A program made the translations under genes and the position numbers. Shown here in pieces: positions 23,142 to 32,884 of a stretch of 64,000 bases of DNA (within the stretch, counting starts at the first letter, position 1; the number at the start of each line of letters is the position of its first letter). Origin of the DNA: a virus (lineage: Duplodnaviria > Heunggongvirae > Uroviricota > Caudoviricetes); the IMG/VR virus record IMGVR_UViG_3300042870_001427, positions 36,147 through 100,146 of that record; one strand, 5' to 3'. The notes below the pieces were generated by a model, which saw only the letters and a list, made by a program, of their open reading frames with translations, was not told where the DNA came from and ran no database searches.

Positions 23142-23706
23142 AACATATGTCGCGATCAAAAATCACTTCACTTCTAAGTCGTATGACTTCTTTAAGTACG
23201 GCGGCAGAACAAAAGCTTCAAGAGCCACGTTTGAAAAAAGGAATGACAAATATTTCTTTCACAAACTCTCTAAGCGAAAAGACGTGGTCGACTACCTTGT
23301 CGCCAATTTCATATACAATGACAGTACCTCCTGGGTCGGCGACTTTATCAATAATGAACAATCAGACAAACACTACCTTAGACTGGTCAAGGTCAGAGAG
23401 TCCCTATCGTATATCTTCAGTCAAGATCTCGATAGGCTCGAATCCGACTTTGACCTTAATTTTCAAGTCCAAGAAGGACAACACCCGCTAGTATTACGTA
23501 AGTATTTACAGCAGGAGATTAATCTAGAAACGTTAATCATCTTAGACGATCTGGTATCTTTTATGAGGAAGTGGAATAGAAGAATACAGGATCCGATAGT
23601 ATGGCCACAGGTCTACATGAGGTGTAAGAAGTACAGACCGTTCTTCGAATACGACAAAGAAAAGATGAAGAAAATAGTGCTGGATAAATTTAGTGAAAGC
23701 CAGTAG
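23119..23706 (+). CDS. 59: helicase loader gp59
   Basis: Y.AIKNHFT...YDFFKY.GR, F.KRNDKYFF.KL, ETL.ILD. Confidence 0.92.
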   Translation: MEAFQAYKTYVAIKNHFTSKSYDFFKYGGRTKASRATFEKRNDKYFFHKLSKRKDVVDYLVANFIYNDSTSWVGDFINNEQSDKHYLRLVKVRESLSYIFSQDLDRLESDFDLNFQVQEGQHPLVLRKYLQQEINLETLIILDDLVSFMRKWNRRIQDPIVWPQVYMRCKKYRPFFEYDKEKMKKIVLDKFSESQ

Positions 23707-23708
23707 AA

Positions 23709-23716
23709 TATAAATA
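23709..23716 (+). promoter_or_regulatory. T4-type late promoter
   Basis: TATAAATA upstream of gene 32. Confidence 0.8.
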
Positions 23717-23784
23717 GTTGTATATCATGATAATGTGACATATAACGCATACAATTAATACATCGCATACAAGGAGCATAGAAT

Positions 23785-24684
23785 ATGGATTTCTCTCAAC
23801 TCAAAAAGTCACGTCAATCTAACTTTGACAAGCTGACACAAGAAGTTTCAAAACTTAACACCCCCCAAGGCTCATCAGACGATAATCGCTTTTGGTATCC
23901 AGAAGTAGATAAGGCAGGTAACGGTTATGCTGTTATTCGCTTTCTACCTGCACCAGGTGGCGAGGACATTCCGTTCGTTCGTGTCTGGGATCATGGCTTC
24001 CAAGGCCCAGGTGGATGGTATATTGAAAAGTCTTTGACCACTCTAGGTCAAAAAGATCCAGTATCAGAATACAACTCCCAGTTGTGGAACAATGGTACTG
24101 AGGCTGGTAAGGAGCAGGTACGTAAGCAAAAACGTCGTCTGACCTATTACAGCAACATCTACGTTATTAAGGATACCGCACATCCTGAAAACGAAGGTAA
24201 GGTAGTTCTGTTTAAGTACGGAAAGAAAATCTGGGATAAACTTAACCTGGCAATGAATCCAGAGTTCGAGGATGAGCAGCCAATCAATCCTTTCGATCTA
24301 TGGGAAGGTGCCAACTTCAAGGTTAAGATTCGTAACGTTGAAGGGTATCGTAACTACGATAAGTCTGAATTTGATACTGCCGGTCCGTTGTTTGAAGATG
24401 ACGACAAGCTGGAATCAATTTGGAAGCAAGAGCATAAGCTTGGTGAATTCATCGATCCAGCCAACTTCAAATCATACGATGAACTGAAGAACAAACTGTA
24501 TCGTGTCTTAGGTCTTGCTGGTAATGTCAATCCCGCATCACGTGCTGAAGATAATACCCCACCTTGGGATGAACCTAAAGCACAAGCACCTGCCAAGCCT
24601 ATGAAAGAGGCATTTGCCCCTAAGGCTCAAGAAGATGATGATGACAGTATGGAGTTCTTTAAGAAGCTTGCTGCTGAAGAGTAA
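23785..24684 (+). CDS. 32: single-stranded DNA-binding protein gp32
   Basis: DKAGNGYAVIRFLP, HGFQGPGGWYIE.SLTT, FKYGKKI, FDLWEGANFK; acidic tail. Confidence 0.96.
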   Translation: MDFSQLKKSRQSNFDKLTQEVSKLNTPQGSSDDNRFWYPEVDKAGNGYAVIRFLPAPGGEDIPFVRVWDHGFQGPGGWYIEKSLTTLGQKDPVSEYNSQLWNNGTEAGKEQVRKQKRRLTYYSNIYVIKDTAHPENEGKVVLFKYGKKIWDKLNLAMNPEFEDEQPINPFDLWEGANFKVKIRNVEGYRNYDKSEFDTAGPLFEDDDKLESIWKQEHKLGEFIDPANFKSYDELKNKLYRVLGLAGNVNPASRAEDNTPPWDEPKAQAPAKPMKEAFAPKAQEDDDDSMEFFKKLAAEE

Positions 24685-26571
24685 TCAAGCGTAAGAGGTG
24701 CTATGTCGGGTGGCGATTCCTAGAGAACCACGCCCGGCAATAGGGCTAGGCATCGGTGGCGGCGGCTTAACACCCCCGCCATTTTCTTTGGCTGAATTAT
24801 TATTACTTACTGATGCAACTTGGAAAGATGGTGTAGATGCCGCCTTCACACCCTGGGATGCTGATGCTATTGTGGCACCAGTTGTGGGTGCAGGAGGTAC
24901 GGGGCTAGCACTGGTCAATGAGTAGGAAGAGCCGAGGTTGCTTTCATAAGCTGCAGCAAGCGTCTTACGTTCTTCTCTAGACTTCTCACTAGCTGACCCA
25001 ACCATTTTGTTTACTACATCGATGTTTTCTAGATCCGGTGGTTTAGGTCTTCCAGAGGTAAAGAATACAGGAACCAGTCTTGCAGCAATGGCTGGGTCAT
25101 TGGCAAGATCAGGATTACTTACTAAATCAACCCCGATGGCTTTACCAAGACGTGCATAATTATCCTTACCTGTAATTTGTAAGAATCCTCTACCGCGGTA
25201 CTTGTAACCATCTCCTGGTTTATCATTACCCATTCTACCGCCGTAGATTACATCCCCTACAGCTTCTGGACCCTTGGCAACTAAGTCCTGAGCCTCTTGC
25301 ATAGACTTAAATCTTACTTTATTATTCTTTTGTTCTGGTCCGTAAAGATTATATAAGGTCTTTGCTGAGTACTTTTCTAGCTCCTCACTTCTAGGTCTGA
25401 ATCCGCTTTCCTTGGCAACTTGTGCCATAACATTTGCTTGTGCCTTCTTACTAAAACCGGCGTTTTGTAATTCTGATAAAACCAGACCTTCATTACCAGA
25501 AGGCTTTAATCCAAGACCACCACCAGGTCTTATACCTTCCCCACCACCAGGTTTAAGTCCAGTTCCAGTAGGGGCGGGAGGTGGGGAGGCAGGGGTTGCA
25601 GAAGGAGGTGCTGATGGGGCAGGAGTGGCTACTGATGGTGGAGGAGTTGCAGGGGCAGCTACTGGTGCCTGGGCTGCTGGTGTTTCAGTAGCAGAGGGAG
25701 TTGGCTTAGCTTCAGGTTCAGATGGTGCCTCTTCAGGAGTCTCTTCACCCTCCATCGATTTCATTACTGCATAACCAGCCGCGGCCCCTGCCCCTAGGGC
25801 AAGCATCTTCTTACCACTTATTTTTCTTAACGACTTAAAGATCTGGATGGTAGTAGTAATCGCACTAGCAATGCTACCAATTAACTTGGCACTGAATACG
25901 GTTGCAATGACCGCGGCTGCAATCTTAAGTGCAGTTCCCAGTCCCTTGATACCGCTATTTTCATCTTCACCAGCAGTACCCTTTAGTCCATCGGCGAAGC
26001 CACCAAGGAAGGCTTTTAACTTATCCTGGATGTCTTTAGGTAGAATGGTATATACAATACCAGCTAATGCAGCAACCACGGCAGGGTTGGTGAATAGGGT
26101 CTTGAGCATACTAAAGATGCTTTCACCCTGTACAGGTTCCCCTCCTCTACCCTTACCTCCAGTTGTCGCCGCTGTTGGCTTGGTCTCTTGTAATTGTTCA
26201 GATTTGTATGCAGCAGTCATATCTACTGCATTTAATTTTTCTAAGGACTTGTTTACAGTAGCAAACGAACTGGCAATTGACTCCATTGCACCAACTATAG
26301 CAATTCCGGGCTTATCTTCTACTTGGGGTTCTTTTTCTTTGTAGACTTCATCTTCTAAATCACGTACTCTGTTTTCAACTGTCTTTACTTTGGCAGCGTT
26401 CCTTGCCAACACACCCACAACCATAGAGACTTTTTTACTTACAACAGCCACAGTCTCCTGTATAGTATCATACTTTTCACCCTCAGATACTTGTAAGTCT
26501 TTTACTTCAGTTAACTCTCTTGTTACCTGCTTTAATTTACTCTTGGTTGTTTTAGTTGTTCTTTTTGCCAT
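24685..26571 (-). CDS. baseplate hub/tape-measure-associated protein with GH19 (chitinase/lysozyme-like) domain
   Basis: Coiled-coil and hydrophobic N-half, Pro-rich linker, AQVAKESGF...GDGYKYRGRGFLQITGKDNY. Confidence 0.75.
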   Translation of the reverse strand: MAKRTTKTTKSKLKQVTRELTEVKDLQVSEGEKYDTIQETVAVVSKKVSMVVGVLARNAAKVKTVENRVRDLEDEVYKEKEPQVEDKPGIAIVGAMESIASSFATVNKSLEKLNAVDMTAAYKSEQLQETKPTAATTGGKGRGGEPVQGESIFSMLKTLFTNPAVVAALAGIVYTILPKDIQDKLKAFLGGFADGLKGTAGEDENSGIKGLGTALKIAAAVIATVFSAKLIGSIASAITTTIQIFKSLRKISGKKMLALGAGAAAGYAVMKSMEGEETPEEAPSEPEAKPTPSATETPAAQAPVAAPATPPPSVATPAPSAPPSATPASPPPAPTGTGLKPGGGEGIRPGGGLGLKPSGNEGLVLSELQNAGFSKKAQANVMAQVAKESGFRPRSEELEKYSAKTLYNLYGPEQKNNKVRFKSMQEAQDLVAKGPEAVGDVIYGGRMGNDKPGDGYKYRGRGFLQITGKDNYARLGKAIGVDLVSNPDLANDPAIAARLVPVFFTSGRPKPPDLENIDVVNKMVGSASEKSREERKTLAAAYESNLGSSYSLTSASPVPPAPTTGATIASASQGVKAASTPSFQVASVSNNNSAKENGGGVKPPPPMPSPIAGRGSLGIATRHSTSYA

Positions 26572-26572
26572 C

Positions 26573-28009
26573 TTATGTGCCTACGGATACGGAGTAAAAG
26601 GAATCAGAGGCCGAGCGTGCCATTTCTTTAGCAGCAACTACAAACTGATTGTTGTTTATATTGAGTAGCATTGTACCATAAGACTGGGTAGCGTCTCTTT
26701 CCATTTGATCTACCTTAACCGACTGAGATATTACTTCAGAGGATGATGCACTAGCCATTGGAGTTACACCAGATGAGGCAGGTGCAACTGGTTCGGCAAC
26801 AGATGAGGAGGTAGTGGCTGCAGGAGGTGAAGGTTGACTTGCAGGTGAGGAGGTCGCAGCTGCCGGAGAGGAGGCAACAGGTGCAGTGCCTGATGGTGTT
26901 GCCTTAGTGGTGGCGGTTGCTGCAGCAGCTGCAGCAGGCGCAGGAGATGTGGTATTAGCCGCTGGTTTAGTTTCTGATTCCGGTTTCTCTTCCTCATCAT
27001 TACCAAAGAATACATCATAGACATCAGAACCAATGCTATAAAGTTCGTACAGTACAAGTCCAATACCTAATATTGTTCCTACAATAGGAACAGCTTTAAG
27101 TATATTACCTGCCATGGATATTAATTTCGGTTTAACCTTATCAATCAGATACCTGGTCTTATCTAAAAATTTACCTATCTTAGTCTTACTCTTAGAACCG
27201 GCTTTCTTAGCCTTCTTAATTTCGTCTTTACCCTTCTTGACCTCATCCTTAGCAGTATCGGTACTCTTTTTAATATCTTCCTTTTCCTTATCAATCCTAC
27301 CTTGTTCCTTTTTGACGTCTTTGTCTTTTTGGTTTACTGCCTGATCTTTCTTCTTGACTTCATCGTGGGCATCACCTGCCGCGGTGCCTGCAAGTCCTAA
27401 TACCATGGCAAGTTTTCTTAAACTTTCAAATGCAGCAACCACCGGGGCCAGTGCGGCCATAGTAAACGATACAGCCAAAATTCCTAACAAGACAGCTATT
27501 GCTGGTTTAACTATAGCGATAGCATCATTACTTAATCCAATACCAGTAAGAAATCCTTCGAAGAAGCCTTTAACGAGATTAAGTATCTCAGGGTTGGCAA
27601 GGAGGAGTGGGATGGCCATTGCTAATCCTAAAACACTTAATCCAGCTTTAGATACTGCCCTGGTAGTCTCTTGAATAGTGTCATTGAGCCCAGGCTTCTC
27701 TTCTGCCCTTGCCTCTTCTAGTTTATATTCATTGCCCCCGGCACTTACCAATGATTGAATCTTTGTGACCTTGGCTGCATTCTCTACGTTACTAGCTACA
27801 ATAGACTGAACTTGTTCTACAATAGTTTTAAGTACGTTGAGTTTACCTACTATATCGCCAATATTTTTGGAGAAGGAGGCAGCCTCTTTTTCTGCAATGG
27901 CAGTAGCCGCATCTAGCCGGTCACTATCTTTCTTAGAAAGGAACAACACCAGGCCTGGTGTCTCTTTCATCACCGCCGCCGTCTGTGCTGCCTGTTCGTT
28001 TTCGTTCAT
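26573..28009 (-). CDS. gp29-like/tape-measure-like protein
   Basis: Helical, with hydrophobic segments and KAVPIVGTILGIGL; follows gp26/gp51. Confidence 0.5.
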   Translation of the reverse strand: MNENEQAAQTAAVMKETPGLVLFLSKKDSDRLDAATAIAEKEAASFSKNIGDIVGKLNVLKTIVEQVQSIVASNVENAAKVTKIQSLVSAGGNEYKLEEARAEEKPGLNDTIQETTRAVSKAGLSVLGLAMAIPLLLANPEILNLVKGFFEGFLTGIGLSNDAIAIVKPAIAVLLGILAVSFTMAALAPVVAAFESLRKLAMVLGLAGTAAGDAHDEVKKKDQAVNQKDKDVKKEQGRIDKEKEDIKKSTDTAKDEVKKGKDEIKKAKKAGSKSKTKIGKFLDKTRYLIDKVKPKLISMAGNILKAVPIVGTILGIGLVLYELYSIGSDVYDVFFGNDEEEKPESETKPAANTTSPAPAAAAAATATTKATPSGTAPVASSPAAATSSPASQPSPPAATTSSSVAEPVAPASSGVTPMASASSSEVISQSVKVDQMERDATQSYGTMLLNINNNQFVVAAKEMARSASDSFYSVSVGT

Positions 28010-28179
28010 TGACGTGCTCTAAGTCTCTCTTGTTCTTGTTCTAGGTAATCTTTTAACAACTCAACGTATATGTCTCTTTCATAAGGCATCATACCCTCTA
28101 TCTCATCCAACGACCATTTGTGGTGCTGAGCCAAACTAAAATTCAACATATAGTAGTTGGCTAGTGTATTATGACTCAG
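28006..28179 (-). CDS. 51: gp51-like baseplate hub assembly protein (CTG 28179 or ATG 28149; possibly reached by frameshift)
   Basis: SHNTLANYYMLNFSLAQHHKWSLDEIEGMMPYERDIYVELL. Confidence 0.75.
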   Translation of the reverse strand: MSHNTLANYYMLNFSLAQHHKWSLDEIEGMMPYERDIYVELLKDYLEQEQERLRARQ

Positions 28180-28886
28180 CCCAACGTAAAAAAATCAGTT
28201 AATGATGTAAGAGGAATTAACTTTTCATTACCTAAACTATTTGTATACTTTACTTCATAGTATAGCTTAGGCATTGTAGAGAAGAAATCTTGAATCTTTT
28301 TAAACGCCTTTGTATCCAATGACTGAATAAATTCATCTACCTCCTCCGGCGTACTATCGGCTAGTCTATAAACTGATTCCGCATCATACACACTCTCAAT
28401 ACTATTCTTTAACACCTCGAAGAATGCATCCATCTCACCCTCAACAAATTTGAGTGAATTGGTTAGGTCAGCTCTTGGATATTTCATTACCAGTCCATAA
28501 CCATTGCCAATATCAAATTTACTTACGTGAGTAGGATCTTCCTTTATCTCTACCTCATCTAAATTAATCTCTACAGAATACTTCTGATCATCTTCTACAT
28601 CTCTATAGACTAGATTGATCACATTGTTGACTGACTTCGATCTAATTTTAATAAACAAATATTCAAGATCAAATGTTGTCAACGTATCAACGTTAATTTT
28701 ATCAGTCAGTATACAGTTATTGATAACTTGTTTAACTGCGTTTATAATATCATTCGCCTCCCCACTAGCCTGGGATGTAAGCAAAATCTTTTCTTCTTTG
28801 ACCAAAAACGGTCTATACTTTACGGTTTCTTTTGTTGAGGGTAAAATCAATTCAAAAGTTGGATAACCAATCTTAGGTAACGCCAT
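28176..28886 (-). CDS. 26: baseplate hub subunit gp26
   Basis: MALPK, YRPFLVKEEKILL, FDLEYLFIKIRSKSV, FF.TMPKL. Confidence 0.88.
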   Translation of the reverse strand: MALPKIGYPTFELILPSTKETVKYRPFLVKEEKILLTSQASGEANDIINAVKQVINNCILTDKINVDTLTTFDLEYLFIKIRSKSVNNVINLVYRDVEDDQKYSVEINLDEVEIKEDPTHVSKFDIGNGYGLVMKYPRADLTNSLKFVEGEMDAFFEVLKNSIESVYDAESVYRLADSTPEEVDEFIQSLDTKAFKKIQDFFSTMPKLYYEVKYTNSLGNEKLIPLTSLTDFFTLG

Positions 28887-28898
28887 AATAACTCCTTG

Positions 28899-29768
28899 TT
28901 ATAAAATTCCTCTTAGTAGTCCTCCAACAGCCAATTTGCTGTTGTTAATTACATTAATTGTATCTGCAATGCCCTGGGGCTTACGAATGGTGCTTAGTAC
29001 TTGTACTGCAGAAGCAATACCCATAATTCTTTGTAGTGCCCCAACGCCACCTGGTTTAGAAATCGGTTGGTTAAGGTCAACTACATTCTTCTTCCAATTG
29101 TAATATGTAAACCCAACCGGGATCTTAGCAAATGAATCTGTGTCGGCCCAGGATAGAGACATATCACCCAGGAAGATAGGATAAGCACCCATTAAAACAA
29201 CCTCAATAACCTTTTGACCGGTCTCGTCTAAAGTTGTGATAGTAATGTCTACTGCGTAGTCATGTTTATATCTTACTTCAAATGCGTTAGCAGATGTTGC
29301 ATGTCTATCATACACAACTATATTATTAATCCAATTGCCAAAGAACTGATGTACGTACCCACTACCATCTCCAAAGAACGTCATATTAACATCTACAAAG
29401 GTTGGCTGGTATGGTTTCTTTTCTTCTACCCCTACACCGTATCTCTTAATAGAGGTGGTAGCCAACATAACACCAGGTAGTGCAGCTGACTCGGTAAGGA
29501 AGGGAAGGAGGGTAGGAGTTTGATCACCTGTCATGCACATAGGTGCAGGTATGGTAACGTAGAACTGGCTATTGCGTTGTAAGCCATTAACCCCGTCAAT
29601 AGTCGATCTTATCTTATTAAGACCCTTCCTATCACTGCCCTGGGGTCTGGTTCCGTTAAGGAAGGTGTCAAGATTGTTTTTTACCGATTCTGGTAGAAAG
29701 TCCCTAACTGCATTTACTGTACCTACTAAATTCTGACCTTTTGCAATAAATTCGCTAATGTTAGCCAT
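28899..29768 (-). CDS. tail tube initiator gp54/gp19-like
   Basis: ESAALPG, GAYPIFLGDMSLSW, V.FTY..W. Confidence 0.7.
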   Translation of the reverse strand: MANISEFIAKGQNLVGTVNAVRDFLPESVKNNLDTFLNGTRPQGSDRKGLNKIRSTIDGVNGLQRNSQFYVTIPAPMCMTGDQTPTLLPFLTESAALPGVMLATTSIKRYGVGVEEKKPYQPTFVDVNMTFFGDGSGYVHQFFGNWINNIVVYDRHATSANAFEVRYKHDYAVDITITTLDETGQKVIEVVLMGAYPIFLGDMSLSWADTDSFAKIPVGFTYYNWKKNVVDLNQPISKPGGVGALQRIMGIASAVQVLSTIRKPQGIADTINVINNSKLAVGGLLRGIL

Positions 29769-30370
29769 TATCTGCCTTTGCTAATTATTCTTCTTGAGTC
29801 TCTATAAACCGTTGATGTACTTGCACCTTTGAATCTTTGTAGTGGTAAAAATAGTGCAAAATCCCATTCTTTGGGATCTATGTGAATCAATCTAGAGTCG
29901 ATCTGACTATTTAGATAGCGCTTAACACAAGGCTGAAAGTACTTGAATTTAGAGGAGCTACTTAGGATGCCGTAAGATATTTTTAACTTGGTAGTATCAT
30001 CCATCTTACTGTTGTTAAGGGTATCATATAACGCATCCATCAGACGTGCCCTGAAGATAGGGGGTAGGTAGTGCATATTGATACCAAGGAACCCATCATC
30101 CACCTTTCTAAAAGGAAAGATGAGAGGGTAACGATCGTAGTAGGGAAGAGTATCTTTGTGCTTGGCATCATATGCAAATAAGAACATTTGCCCTACCTTA
30201 ACAGTGTTGCGTCTAGATTCTACCTGGCTTTTCTGAATTGCCTTTGCTGTATCTACATTTCTCATGGCAAGTGCCTTATCCCGTAGCCAATCTCTAGCCT
30301 CTATTGAACTAGCCTCTACGTTCTTACTTGCCATCGCTTTTTGCAATATGTTACCAAATACTGGGTTCAT
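29768..30370 (-). CDS. 2: DNA end protector gp2
   Basis: F.YDAKHKDTLPYYDRYPLIF, GINMHYLPP, WD.ALFLP; ATGA coupling with gp4. Confidence 0.9.
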   Translation of the reverse strand: MNPVFGNILQKAMASKNVEASSIEARDWLRDKALAMRNVDTAKAIQKSQVESRRNTVKVGQMFLFAYDAKHKDTLPYYDRYPLIFPFRKVDDGFLGINMHYLPPIFRARLMDALYDTLNNSKMDDTTKLKISYGILSSSSKFKYFQPCVKRYLNSQIDSRLIHIDPKEWDFALFLPLQRFKGASTSTVYRDSRRIISKGR

Positions 30371-30813
30371 TTGATTCCTAATTCTTTCTCTGTCATGACC
30401 ATAAACTTCCATTTACGATCTTTGCAATATTCTGTAGCCGCTTTCCACTTTGCCTCGTTTATACCATAAGTCATAACCTCCCTGAGATATCTCTTGGTAG
30501 GCTTTGTGTTCTTTGACTTTAAGGTAGGCGGAATAGCCTGGCTTCTGGGTTTTACTTCTATAACTACGGTTTCGGTCTGAGCATTTGGAAGCAGCTTCTT
30601 TACCTTAAAGTCAGGAAAATAGCGATGCATCTTATTATCAATGGGTGAACGATATGGTATGAAGAACTCCTCACTCGACCATTCCAATACCTCTGGATGT
30701 GTATCCAGATATAACATTAGCTTTAGCTCCCAAGAACTCCTATAAATAATATTTGCAGGGTTACCTTTGTACTTGGCAGGGTTTTTGGGTTTAAAGAACC
30801 CTTTGTAACTCAT
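30367..30813 (-). CDS. 4: head completion nuclease gp4
   Basis: YKG.FKP.NP.KYKG, YRSSWE, HRYFPDF, IEVKP, NEAKW.AA. Confidence 0.93.
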   Translation of the reverse strand: MSYKGFFKPKNPAKYKGNPANIIYRSSWELKLMLYLDTHPEVLEWSSEEFFIPYRSPIDNKMHRYFPDFKVKKLLPNAQTETVVIEVKPRSQAIPPTLKSKNTKPTKRYLREVMTYGINEAKWKAATEYCKDRKWKFMVMTEKELGIK

Positions 30814-30826
30814 ATTCTGAATGCCC

Positions 30827-30834
30827 TATAAATA
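30827..30834 (+). promoter_or_regulatory. T4-type late promoter
   Basis: TATAAATA before gene 48. Confidence 0.8.
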
Positions 30835-30860
30835 GAGTAATAACAACCACGAGAATATTT

Positions 30861-32003
30861 ATGCCCTACGGCTCATCTAATCCAGAATCTCTAACCAACC
30901 CAACAACCCTAAGTCAACAGTCAACAAGCCTGTTCTCTGGTGTTTCGCAGACTATTGATCGTGTTGGTGCTGGTGCACAGGGTGCAATCACTAATATTGC
31001 TAAAGCGTTGAACATAGGTGGAATGGCTGCTGCTGGCTCCCTTAGAACCAGTATTGCACAGGTTTCCGGTATTACGCCTGCGTCTAAATTCATAGACAAT
31101 ATGTCTAATAAGAGTACATTACCGGATTTTACACCTGAGCAATCTAGAGTAAACGGCGCCTCTAACCTCCCTATGCTGCAATATCCTAGAGATATGCCTG
31201 AAAATAAGTTCATTAAATTTACTTTTGCTGCATACTACCAGCCTGGTCCATTATTTCAACGGGAAATTATCCCAACTAGATCTATTATATTACCTCTTCC
31301 TTCTGATTTAGCCGAGCGTTACGGGGTTCAGTATGCCGAGAAACAACTTGGTGTTTTAGGTGCATTACAAGAAACAGGTATGCTCCAAGGCATTGCTACC
31401 TCAAATATGTCTGAGGGTAGTGTTAGAAGGATGGGTGAGGAAGCTGGTAAACTAGCTAAGGACCCAGGTAATACAGCCGCCGTTCTTAGAAACGTAGTAG
31501 GTGCAATAAGCGAATCTACAGGCGCTGCCATTGATCGCGCAACAGGTACTATCCTTAATCCGTATAGTGCACTTCAATTCTCAGGGGTTGAATTAAGAAG
31601 CCATTCTTTCAAATACAAGTTTTCACCAAACAGTGAAACTGAATCAAAAATTATTAAAGAGATTATTAGAGAATTTAAATTAAGAATGCTCCCAGAAAAG
31701 AGAGGGCTTACATTTAACTTCCCTGATGTCTGCACCATAGAATTTGCAAATAAGAACTCACTATATTACTTTAAGAACTGTTACTTAAAGTCTATGAATG
31801 TTAATTACTCACCTTCCGGTACCCCGGTATTCTTTCTGGGTGGTCAGCACGCTGCTGAAATTGAGATAAGTCTTGATTTTGGAGAAATCGAACCCCTATC
31901 ACGAAACGATATCCTGAGTGGAGACTTTACCGGTAAGGTTGGTCAAGCAATGTCGTCAGGTACTATGAGACAGCAAACACAAACCCCTGAAGACACATTC
32001 TAA
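30861..32003 (+). CDS. 48: baseplate tail tube cap gp48
   Basis: LQYP, LNPY..LQFSG..LRSH.F.YKF.P.S..E, C.L.SM.VNY.P. Confidence 0.85.
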   Translation: MPYGSSNPESLTNPTTLSQQSTSLFSGVSQTIDRVGAGAQGAITNIAKALNIGGMAAAGSLRTSIAQVSGITPASKFIDNMSNKSTLPDFTPEQSRVNGASNLPMLQYPRDMPENKFIKFTFAAYYQPGPLFQREIIPTRSIILPLPSDLAERYGVQYAEKQLGVLGALQETGMLQGIATSNMSEGSVRRMGEEAGKLAKDPGNTAAVLRNVVGAISESTGAAIDRATGTILNPYSALQFSGVELRSHSFKYKFSPNSETESKIIKEIIREFKLRMLPEKRGLTFNFPDVCTIEFANKNSLYYFKNCYLKSMNVNYSPSGTPVFFLGGQHAAEIEISLDFGEIEPLSRNDILSGDFTGKVGQAMSSGTMRQQTQTPEDTF

Positions 32004-32023
32004 CAAACACCTTCGGATTCCTA

Positions 32024-32884
32024 ATGTATACCCTTCTCAGTCAATTTGACATCATTAACTATAATGGCGTACCAGTACGCAACATATTTACCAGGATAAC
32101 CTTTTCTGATCTGGTCAAGAAGACCGGAGCTGTATTCTATCCCTATGTTATTACTGAAGGTGAGAGACCAGATACTATTGCATATCAGTACTACGAAGAT
32201 TCAAGATATAGCTGGCTGGTGTATATGAGCAATGCAATGTTTGATCCATACTATGACTGGCCGTTAACTACTACTGAATTTGATAATTTTATACTAGAGA
32301 AATATGGCCAAAAAAATCTAGCTATGGAAAAGATTTTATTCTGGAGAGATAATTGGAGAAGTGATGATTCAGTTAAGACACCTTCAGGCTATGCCGCCCT
32401 TACATCTTCAGTCAAGAAGTACTTTAGCCCGGTTACGGGGTTTAACAATAGTGTGGTAAGCTACGTACGTACTCCTTCAGATAGAGTAGTTGATACAAAC
32501 AAAATCATTCAACTAACTGTTGCTAATTCAAGTAGCTTTTCTGTTGGGGATCTCATCAGTCAGAACACCAGCGGGGTGACGTCGGGCACAGGTGAGGTGA
32601 AATTCTCCTCTAACAACATAGTTTTGATTAACAATATTCAGGGTCAGTTTTCTAATACAGCCGGTAATGTAGGAAGCTTGGTTAAAAATTATACATTTAC
32701 CACCACTTCTGTTACTAACACCAATACCATAAGCACCCCTATCTCATCAGATGAGTTATTCTATTGGGAACCAGTAACGGCGTATACTTACGAGACTGAG
32801 GTAAATGAGAGTAAGAGATCAATTAAGTTAATTGATAAGGCGTACGTAGACCAGATTGAAAGAGAACTTAGCGAATTGGTATGA
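32024..32884 (+). CDS. 53: baseplate wedge gp53
   Basis: GERPDTIAYQYY.D..Y.W.V..SN...DP..DWP; NE.KR.IKLI. Confidence 0.88.
   Translation: MYTLLSQFDIINYNGVPVRNIFTRITFSDLVKKTGAVFYPYVITEGERPDTIAYQYYEDSRYSWLVYMSNAMFDPYYDWPLTTTEFDNFILEKYGQKNLAMEKILFWRDNWRSDDSVKTPSGYAALTSSVKKYFSPVTGFNNSVVSYVRTPSDRVVDTNKIIQLTVANSSSFSVGDLISQNTSGVTSGTGEVKFSSNNIVLINNIQGQFSNTAGNVGSLVKNYTFTTTSVTNTNTISTPISSDELFYWEPVTAYTYETEVNESKRSIKLIDKAYVDQIERELSELV

Noticed and set aside
5132-24684. Introns or homing endonucleases in core genes
   Set aside because: rnh, phoH, 59 and 32 are uninterrupted; no GIY-YIG, HNH or LAGLIDADG motifs were recognised.
24698-28022. Plus-strand ORFs antisense to the gp29-like genes
   Set aside because: Shadow ORFs of Ala/Pro-rich genes, with no RBS or motifs.
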